Assembly: GCA_964440235.1 (NCBI GenBank)
Contig: CAYTQI010000001.1
Location: forward strand, 31,444-95,443
Length of the DNA stretch: 64,000 nt
DNA from: an uncultured Planctomycetia bacterium
GTDB taxonomy: Bacteria > Omnitrophota > Gorgyraeia > JABMRN01 > RBG-13-46-9
Direction: 5' to 3'
Shown here: positions 57,487 to 64,000 of the stretch, piece after piece
Layout: every line of letters starts with the position of its first letter
Numbering within the stretch: position 1 is the first letter of the stretch
The notes under the pieces: model-generated
What the model saw: the letters and a program-made list of their open reading frames with translations, nothing else
What the model was told of the DNA's origin: nothing
Databases searched by the model: none
Made by a program: the position numbers and the translations under genes

Positions 57487-60285
57487 TTAGCTGCCGTAGT
57501 TTTCCTTAAACTCCTCGATTATCTTTTCCATCCGCATTTCCCGCGAACCCTTTACCAGTACCACATCGCCCGGTTTCGCGGTTTTTTTCAAAAATCCGGC
57601 CGCCTCGCCCCGGGTCGCGGCGTGAAAAAGAACTTTTACGCCTTTTTGCGCGGCTGTCCGGTTTGTGAATTTCGAGAGCGCCCCAAGCGTTATCAGGACT
57701 TCCGCGGGGCTTTTCGCGATCGCCCTGCCCAGGCCTTCATGCATGGCCTTTGCCCTCGGGCCCAGTTCGAGCATGTCACCGCTTACGATAATTTTTTTTC
57801 CCGCTGTGCGGCAATCAGCGAGCGCTTCTATCGCGGCGGCCATGGAAGAAGGATTCGAATTATAGCTGTCATCCATTATTTTTATGCCCCGCACTTTTTT
57901 CAATTCGAGCCGCATCGGGCATTTTTGCCTGAACGACTTTATTCTTCGGCTGATAAGCTTCAGGCTGATTTTAAATTGCCGCCCTACCGCGATCGCTGCC
58001 AGAGCGTTATAAATGTTATGCCTACCCGGAAGGCCAAGCTCAAAAACCTCTTTCCCCACCAAAAACCGCCACCCGTTTTTTCCGCGCGCGGGATTCACGG
58101 CCCTGAAATCGCATTTTTCATCGATTCCAAAATAAGCCCTCTGGCACCCAAAACCCCTTAGTCCTTTCAGGTAAGCGTCATCCCTGTTCAATATTGCGGT
58201 GCCACGCGCAGGTAAATTATTTAAAAGTTCCTTCTTGGCCCCGCATATATTGCGTATGCTTCCTAAAAATCCTATGTGCGCCGGGCCTATGTTAGTGATT
58301 ACCCCGATATCCGGCTTCGCGATTTTGCACAACGCGTCAATCTCGCCGGCGTGATTCATCCCCATCTCAAGCACGCAAACCCGGTGCCTCTTGTTAAGCT
58401 TAATCAGCGTAAGGGGAAGGCCAACGAAACTATTGTTTGAATTTTCGCTTTTGAGCACATTATATTTTGCCGAGAGAACATGCGCGATCATCTCTTTCGC
58501 TGTTGTTTTACCGGTTGAACCGGAAACAGCGACTACGGGAATGTTAAATTTCCGTCTGCGCGCACGGGCGATATCGCCCAAAGTTTTTACGGTATTTTTA
58601 ACTTTTATAATTTTACCTTGCGGCGCCGATTCGCCGCCCTCTGAGACGACCGCCGAAAACGCGCCTTTGTCAAAGGCCTTTTCAAGAAAATCGTGGCCAT
58701 TAAACCGTCTGCCTTTTATGGCCAGAAATATCTCGCCTTTCTTTATCGTCCGCGAATCCGTGGATATCAGGCAGGCTTTTTCCGTAAGGCCCTTTATTGT
58801 TCCGCTCTCCGCGCCGCGGCGTCTTCTCCTCATCAATATATCCTCCGCGGCCTTTTTATCGTCGAATGGTATCTTTCTGCTTCCTATTATCTGCGTTTTC
58901 TCATGCCCCTTACCGGCTATCAGCAGTATATCCCCTTTTCCGGTTTTTTCCACGGCCATTTTTATGGCCTCATACCTATCATGCATAACGCAGTAATTTC
59001 GTTTTTTCTCACGCATCCCTTTTAAAATTTCACGGGTTATTCCCGCAGGGTTTTCATTCCGCGGATTGTCGTCGGTCAATATCACAAAATCGGAAAACTT
59101 CTGCGCGGCCTCCCCCATAAGGGGCCTCTTTCCCCTGTCTCTATCCCCGCCGCAGCCGAAAACCGTAATAATTTTCCCGTGATTAACGCGCTTTAGAAAT
59201 TTTAGGACATTTTCCAGGGCGTTATGCGTATGGGCGTAATCCACAAAAACCCTGAACGTCCGGGATCCCTTTACCGGCTCAAGCCTGCCGGGAACGCGCT
59301 TAACGTTCTCAATCCCTTTCTTTATCGCCCCGGCGCTTAGCCCTTGTGCCGTTGCCACAGCGGCGGCCGCGAGAATATTCGAAATATTATGCAAACCCAC
59401 CAGAGATGTTCTGACAGCGATCTGGGGCTTATTCAGGATCTTAAGCGTAAAAGATGATCCATCCGCTCCCGCTTTAAGAATTTTCGCGCTGATATCCGCG
59501 CTTTTGTTAAAACCGTACCTGATTATTCTGTGGTTTTTTATTTTTTTCGCGCACAACGCGGAGAATTTTTCGTCCGCGTTGAGAACCGCGGCTCCGCCTT
59601 TTTTGAGGTTATCGAAAATCCTTGCTTTACTCGCGAGATAACGTTCTGCGGTCCCGTGGTAATCAAGGTGTTCACGCGTGAGGTTTGTAAAAACCGCCGT
59701 GTCAAAATAAATATTACCGGCCCTTTTCTGGTCAAGGGCATGGCTTGAAACTTCCATAACAGCCGCTTTAAGGCCGTTCCTGAGCATTCTATTCAACAGC
59801 CGGTTCAACTCAAGAGTCCCCGGGGTAGTCCTCGCGGCGGGCATGCCGCGGGCGCCTGTCCTGTACTCTATGGTTCCGATCAGGCCGCACGGAATACGAG
59901 AGGCCTTGAATATGCTTTTTATCAAAAGCGACGTTGTTGTCTTCCCGTTTGTCCCGGTTATTCCGACAACTGTGAGTTTTTTCGATGGTGAACGGTAAAA
60001 ATTGCCGGCCGCTTGTAAAAGCGCCTCCCGTGTATCCGCGGCCTCAATAATGTTTTTCCCTCTTCGCGGCAGGCGTTTTTTCGCGTCCACAATAACTGCC
60101 GCGGCGCCGGCCGCAAGCGCCCTGTTTACGAATTTATGCCCGTCATGCTTGAACCCGGTAACCGCGATAAAAAGGCATCCTTTTTTCACACGCCTGGAAT
60201 CATCCGTAACACAGGATATGCCGGTTCCGGCGAGACGGGAAGGTATTTTTAAGGGCAACCCCTCAAGAACCTTTTTTAGTTTCAC
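57487..60285 (-). CDS. murEF: Fused MurE-MurF bifunctional Mur ligase (932 aa)
   Basis: The N-terminal half is MurE-like (VTDDSRRVKKGCLFIAV...GITGTNGKTTT...DDNPRNE). The C-terminal half is MurF-like (ISTDSRTIKKGEIFLAIKGRRFNGHDF...VSGSTGKTT...), ending ...HEKTQI before the second module. It forms a single uninterrupted ORF. Confidence 0.85.
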   Translation of the reverse strand: MKLKKVLEGLPLKIPSRLAGTGISCVTDDSRRVKKGCLFIAVTGFKHDGHKFVNRALAAGAAAVIVDAKKRLPRRGKNIIEAADTREALLQAAGNFYRSPSKKLTVVGITGTNGKTTTSLLIKSIFKASRIPCGLIGTIEYRTGARGMPAARTTPGTLELNRLLNRMLRNGLKAAVMEVSSHALDQKRAGNIYFDTAVFTNLTREHLDYHGTAERYLASKARIFDNLKKGGAAVLNADEKFSALCAKKIKNHRIIRYGFNKSADISAKILKAGADGSSFTLKILNKPQIAVRTSLVGLHNISNILAAAAVATAQGLSAGAIKKGIENVKRVPGRLEPVKGSRTFRVFVDYAHTHNALENVLKFLKRVNHGKIITVFGCGGDRDRGKRPLMGEAAQKFSDFVILTDDNPRNENPAGITREILKGMREKKRNYCVMHDRYEAIKMAVEKTGKGDILLIAGKGHEKTQIIGSRKIPFDDKKAAEDILMRRRRRGAESGTIKGLTEKACLISTDSRTIKKGEIFLAIKGRRFNGHDFLEKAFDKGAFSAVVSEGGESAPQGKIIKVKNTVKTLGDIARARRRKFNIPVVAVSGSTGKTTAKEMIAHVLSAKYNVLKSENSNNSFVGLPLTLIKLNKRHRVCVLEMGMNHAGEIDALCKIAKPDIGVITNIGPAHIGFLGSIRNICGAKKELLNNLPARGTAILNRDDAYLKGLRGFGCQRAYFGIDEKCDFRAVNPARGKNGWRFLVGKEVFELGLPGRHNIYNALAAIAVGRQFKISLKLISRRIKSFRQKCPMRLELKKVRGIKIMDDSYNSNPSSMAAAIEALADCRTAGKKIIVSGDMLELGPRAKAMHEGLGRAIAKSPAEVLITLGALSKFTNRTAAQKGVKVLFHAATRGEAAGFLKKTAKPGDVVLVKGSREMRMEKIIEEFKENYGS

Positions 60286-61966
60286 CTTTATCGCTTTCGA
60301 TTCCTAAATACGGCAGAATTTTTTCCATTATCCTTTTAAACGCGGGCGCCGCGACACGGCTCCCGAAATGCTCCCCTATGGGTTCATCCACGCAAACAAC
60401 AAGCGCCGCGCCCGACCCGTCGCTTGGCGCGAAACCCATGAAAGAACTTATGTATTTATTTTTGTAGTAACCGCCTTCGGGATTTACTTTTTCGGCGGTC
60501 CCGGTTTTGCCGCACGCGGTGAAATGCTCAAGCCCCGCCGGGATGCCGGTGCCTTTTTCAACGGCGCCCGCGAGCAATTCCTTAACCTTACGGGCGGTTT
60601 CCTTTGAAATTACCCTCCGCAGGGTTCCCGGCCCATTTTCTTTCACAGCAACTCCTTCTGCGTCAAGGATTTTTTTTACAACATATGGCCGCATCAAAAC
60701 GCCGTCGTTCGCGATAGCGCCGATGCACGCGGCAAGCTGCAGCGCCGTTACGGCAACGCCCTGCCCCATTGGTATCGTTGTCATATCAACATATGACCAT
60801 TCCGATAAATTCCGCACCAGGCCCGCGGCTTCACCCGGCAGATCGATGCCGGTGGTTTTGTTAAAATTAAAACGTTTTATGTATTCCGCCAGTTTCTCCC
60901 TGCCCAATTTGGCGGCTACCTTTGCGGTCCCGATATTACTTGACTTCTCTATTATCTGCCTGAATTTTAATGTACCATAAGGCCTGTAATCGTGCAACGT
61001 TCTTTTACCGATTTTGTAAGCCCCCTTCTCACAATAAAATTCGCTGTCAAAATCAACGACCCCCTCCTCAAGAGCCGCGGAGGCGGTCACTACCTTGAAA
61101 ACGCTCCCCGGCTCAAAAAAATCTGTTATCGCCCTGTTTTTCAACTCAGACATGCCTACTTCGGAAATATCATTTGGGTCAAACCAGGGGTAATTTGCCA
61201 TGCCTAAAATTTCCCCGGTCCGCGGATTAAGGGCCACTATGGAAATAGCCGCGGGCCGGTATTTTTTCGCGAGATGTTCCACCTCTTTCTCTATTATGTG
61301 TTGTATTACTTCGTCGATTGTAAGGACAACGCTTTTCCCCTCGCGTGCCGGCGCAAAATCCTTCTGGAAAGAAATGACTTCCCGCATCTTGGCGTCCCTC
61401 GAGGAAAGTCGCCATCCGGGTTCACCCTTAAGGTCCTTATCGCAATAAAGCTCTACCCCCTCCAGGCCTTCGTTATCGACGCCTGTCATGCCTAAAACAT
61501 GACAGGCGAGCTTTCCGCCCGGATAAAACCTCTTCGGCTCGTTCATCAGGCGCACGCCGCGGATATCCAGTTTTTCGATTTTATCCGCTGTTTCCTGTTC
61601 AACTTTCCTTTTCACCCAGGCGAAATAATTATTTTTATTTAATTTTCGCGCGAGACGCCCCTGATCGATACCGAGTTTTTTCGCTAGAATGAACGCGGTA
61701 TTTTTCTTATCGCTTATTAACCTGGGAATGGCATATACCGAAGGAGTATCCATATATATGGCCATCACCCTGCCCCGCCTGTCGTAAATATTGCCCCTTT
61801 GAGCCGGTAGCCTGACAAAAAACTTGTGCTGTTTTTCGGCAAGTTCCGAAAGCGGCTTACTGGACAATATCTGGATATATATGAGGCGGATAATAAGGGC
61901 CGCGAACAGAAAACAGAATACGATCAGAACGGAAAAGTGGCGGGTTTTACTAAAATTAATATGCAC
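60263..61966 (-). CDS. ftsI: Penicillin-binding protein 3 / FtsI (division transpeptidase)
   Basis: N-terminal TM, PBP dimer domain, SxxK (SVFK), SxN (SSN), KTGT motifs. Position between ftsL and murE. Confidence 0.85.
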   Translation of the reverse strand: MHINFSKTRHFSVLIVFCFLFAALIIRLIYIQILSSKPLSELAEKQHKFFVRLPAQRGNIYDRRGRVMAIYMDTPSVYAIPRLISDKKNTAFILAKKLGIDQGRLARKLNKNNYFAWVKRKVEQETADKIEKLDIRGVRLMNEPKRFYPGGKLACHVLGMTGVDNEGLEGVELYCDKDLKGEPGWRLSSRDAKMREVISFQKDFAPAREGKSVVLTIDEVIQHIIEKEVEHLAKKYRPAAISIVALNPRTGEILGMANYPWFDPNDISEVGMSELKNRAITDFFEPGSVFKVVTASAALEEGVVDFDSEFYCEKGAYKIGKRTLHDYRPYGTLKFRQIIEKSSNIGTAKVAAKLGREKLAEYIKRFNFNKTTGIDLPGEAAGLVRNLSEWSYVDMTTIPMGQGVAVTALQLAACIGAIANDGVLMRPYVVKKILDAEGVAVKENGPGTLRRVISKETARKVKELLAGAVEKGTGIPAGLEHFTACGKTGTAEKVNPEGGYYKNKYISSFMGFAPSDGSGAALVVCVDEPIGEHFGSRVAAPAFKRIMEKILPYLGIESDKGETKKGS

Positions 61967-62275
61967 TTACAATTTAAGATTCTCTTTTTGCAGTATGTTA
62001 TTTTTCTTGGGCATACAAAGGGCGATCGCCTTCACGCTAAGCGTGTTCTCGATTCTGCCGGGCAATTCAAGCCGAGAAAGATTATATACCAAACCCCGGT
62101 ATTGGTCAAGCAGCAAGGTTACTTCACAATCGTTTTTATTTATGAGAAAACTCGTCTTGAGCAGTTCTACCTGCTGGTGGGCGTAAAAAAGCGCGAATAC
62201 GGCGGAAAGCATTATACCGGCAATCGTTCGTATAAATTTTATTTTTCCCATAAACCTGCTACCCTGCTTTCTCAA
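61967..62275 (-). CDS. ftsL: Cell division protein FtsL-like (small bitopic protein)
   Basis: 102 aa, single TM, short coiled-coil. Position between rsmH and ftsI. Confidence 0.55.
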   Translation of the reverse strand: MRKQGSRFMGKIKFIRTIAGIMLSAVFALFYAHQQVELLKTSFLINKNDCEVTLLLDQYRGLVYNLSRLELPGRIENTLSVKAIALCMPKKNNILQKENLKL

Positions 62276-63158
62276 AAACCCGCAATTTCGCGCTTCTGGA
62301 ACGCGGGTTTTCCCTTATCTCGTTTAATTCCGCCATAACCGGTTTTTTTGTGAGTATAGACCCCAGGCCGGCTTTCTTGAATTCCCTGAACCTGTTTTTC
62401 ACTATCCTGTCTTCCAGGGAATGAAATGAAATAACCGAAAGCCGCGCGGCCGGGCTCAAAAACTCTAAAACTTTCACAAGTGTCATTTCAAGATTTTCCA
62501 GTTCTTTATTTACCGCGATACGCAGCGCCTGAAATGTCCTCGTGGCCGGATGTATCCGCTGCGAACGGTAACGGTTCCCCAGGGCCTTTTTTATAAGATC
62601 CGCCAGTTCGCCTGTCGAGGCAATCGGCGCGTTTTTTCTTTGTTCAACAATAAAATTAACTACCCGCCTTGAGTATCTTTCCTGGCCGAAATCGCGGATG
62701 ATTCTTTCCAGGTCGCCCCGCTTAACCCTGTTTACTATGTCATAAGCCGATAAATTCTGTGAGCGGTCCATCCGCATGTCGAGTCGCCCGTCACGCTCAA
62801 AACTAAAACCGCGCTTCGGGTCCTCCAGCTGGTAGCTTGATATTCCCAGATCAAAAAGAGCCGCGTCAACTTTTTCGATACCCTGATTCCTCAAGACCGT
62901 GTCTAAATCCCTGAAATTAGACCGTATCAACCTGGCCCCGTTCAGGGGTATTCCTAAATTTTTCCCTGCGATTTCAAGCGATTTGTTATCCCTGTCGATT
63001 CCTATAAGCAGCCCGTCCGGCAGGATTTTTCGTAAAATATACCCGGCGTGCCCTCCGCAACCCACCGTGGCATCTAAAACTCTATAACCGTTTTTTAACC
63101 GCAAAAACCCGAGAACCTCTTCAACCATTACCGGTTTATGAAGGCTTGCCTTTTTCAT
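62259..63158 (-). CDS. rsmH: 16S rRNA (cytosine1402-N4)-methyltransferase RsmH/MraW
   Basis: HKPVMVEEVL...DATVGCGGH...DLGISS motifs of the MraW family. Confidence 0.9.
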   Translation of the reverse strand: MKKASLHKPVMVEEVLGFLRLKNGYRVLDATVGCGGHAGYILRKILPDGLLIGIDRDNKSLEIAGKNLGIPLNGARLIRSNFRDLDTVLRNQGIEKVDAALFDLGISSYQLEDPKRGFSFERDGRLDMRMDRSQNLSAYDIVNRVKRGDLERIIRDFGQERYSRRVVNFIVEQRKNAPIASTGELADLIKKALGNRYRSQRIHPATRTFQALRIAVNKELENLEMTLVKVLEFLSPAARLSVISFHSLEDRIVKNRFREFKKAGLGSILTKKPVMAELNEIRENPRSRSAKLRVFEKAG

Positions 63159-63338
63159 TCCCGGTTGAAAATTTGGATTTAAACTTATTGCTTTCGCTTT
63201 TTGCCCTGTGCATGCTAAGAGCGTTTTCCCTTCTGGCCCTTTCTATGATAAAAAGCGCTTCGTCAAAATAACTCCCTTCCCCTATTTTCCTCACGACATT
63301 AAACGTAAACATGGCCATCACCTCTCATTCTTTTTACC

Positions 63339-63779
63339 TTATTCCAGATCAATCAACTTTTCGGCAACATCCTCAAATGATTCTTTTGTCGCGCTGTAAA
63401 ACTCTCGCCATCTGTCCCTGCTCCAGATTTCAATCCGGTTTGAAACGCCGATCAAAATTATTTCTTTTTTAATATCGGCGTATTGCTTCAGGTATAACGG
63501 TATCAGGATCCTTCCCTGCTTGTCCGCGGCAACTTCGACAGCTCCGGAGAAAAAAAGACGGTTGAATTTTCTCGCTTCTCTTTTTGTAAAAGAAAGTGTC
63601 CTGAATTTCGACTCCTGTTGGCGCCATTCGTCTTCCGGGAACATAAAAAGGCACGTATCGAGCCCTCTGGTTACGTAAAATTTTTCTATGTAGTTTTCTT
63701 TGCTGGTTTCGCGGAATTTTGAGGGAATTATGATTCTGCCTTTTTTGTCAAGTTTATGTTCGTGTTCGCCGTAAAACAT
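63339..63779 (-). CDS. mraZ: Transcriptional regulator MraZ
   Basis: Two MraZ/SpoVT-AbrB repeats ([10 protein letters not shown] / [10 protein letters not shown]). RBS GGAGAG. Confidence 0.85.
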   Translation of the reverse strand: MFYGEHEHKLDKKGRIIIPSKFRETSKENYIEKFYVTRGLDTCLFMFPEDEWRQQESKFRTLSFTKREARKFNRLFFSGAVEVAADKQGRILIPLYLKQYADIKKEIILIGVSNRIEIWSRDRWREFYSATKESFEDVAEKLIDLE

Positions 63780-63788
63780 TTCAACTCT

Positions 63789-63852
63789 CCACTTTACTCC
63801 ACTTCATACCACTTCTGATATCAAATATACATCATTGAACCACCTTTGTCAA
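63789..63852 (-). promoter_or_regulatory. dcw-cluster promoter (-35 TTGACA 63852..63847, 17-nt spacer, -10 TATATT 63829..63824) followed by three 10-bp-phased AAGTGG direct repeats (putative MraZ boxes) at 63814..63809, 63804..63799 and 63794..63789
   Basis: Read directly. The repeats lie between the -10 and the mraZ RBS. Confidence 0.5.
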
Positions 63853-64000
63853 GGCGGAATTTCTAACTTTTTTGTGTATTTTTGACGGCAGTGGAATTAT
63901 ACAACATCTGGTATGCGGTCAATGGTCTAGTAGCAAGGGATTGAGAGCGCGGCGTGTTAGAAAAAACATTAACCCCATTCCCGGATTGGATTAAAGTGGT

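Noticed and set aside
1-64000. Search for tRNA, rRNA, CRISPR arrays, transposase or integrase genes
   Set aside because: Intergenic spaces are all under 370 bp and show no cloverleaf-compatible segments, no repeat-spacer arrays and no transposase- or recombinase-like ORFs. Apart from the two inverted-repeat elements reported, nothing mobile was seen.

Overview
This 64-kb window is densely coding, and every confident gene is on the minus strand. It reads like a core chromosomal segment of an uncultivated, possibly PVC-like bacterium; that taxonomic guess is inference only. From high to low coordinates the content is as follows.

- **dcw cell-wall/division cluster (63.8 to 47.5 kb).** Order: mraZ, rsmH, ftsL, ftsI, a fused murE-murF, mraY, murD, ftsW, murG, murC, murB, ddl, ftsQ and a compact ftsA. 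No ftsZ follows ftsA. Instead the cluster runs directly into yggS, proC and yggT.
- **Housekeeping block (45.4 to 35.9 kb).** mtnP, a PfkB kinase, ileS, a DksA-like zinc-finger protein, lspA, lgt, an arginase-fold protein, rluD, aroA and a GH3-family protein.
- **Elongasome (34.1 to 28.9 kb).** mreB, mreC, mreD, mrdA and rodA.
- **Type IV pilus and c-di-GMP locus (28.9 to 20.4 kb).** A transmembrane HAMP-GAF protein with a degenerate GGDEF domain, pilT, a standalone MshEN-domain protein, two tandem PilB/GspE ATPases, pilC, a 35-bp perfect inverted-repeat element, the pilA major pilin with a strong sigma-70 promoter, and a TPR-containing GT-C (TMTC/PMT_2-like) membrane glycosyltransferase-like protein whose start overlaps the pilA stop (TAATG).
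- **Pilus assembly and minor pilins (18.2 to 7.5 kb).** pilM, pilN, pilO, pilP and pilQ, with RNase G start-overlapping pilQ. Then a PilV-like minor pilin, a 766-aa giant pilin-like protein, a PilX_N-like protein, a retropepsin-like aspartic protease and a second TMTC-like TPR protein.
- **Ribosome and proline block (5.7 kb to the start).** rplU, rpmA, obg, proB, proA, nadD, a 56-aa orphan protein, rsfS whose conserved N-terminus lies upstream of its first ATG, and the 5' end of argS.

No tRNA, rRNA, CRISPR array or intact IS element was recognised. The findings most worth follow-up are the pilA-upstream inverted-repeat element, the pilA-coupled glycosyltransferase, the MshEN, degenerate-GGDEF and dual-PilB c-di-GMP module, a perfect palindromic in-frame insert inside a coding sequence, and a dcw cluster with a MurE-MurF fusion and no ftsZ.
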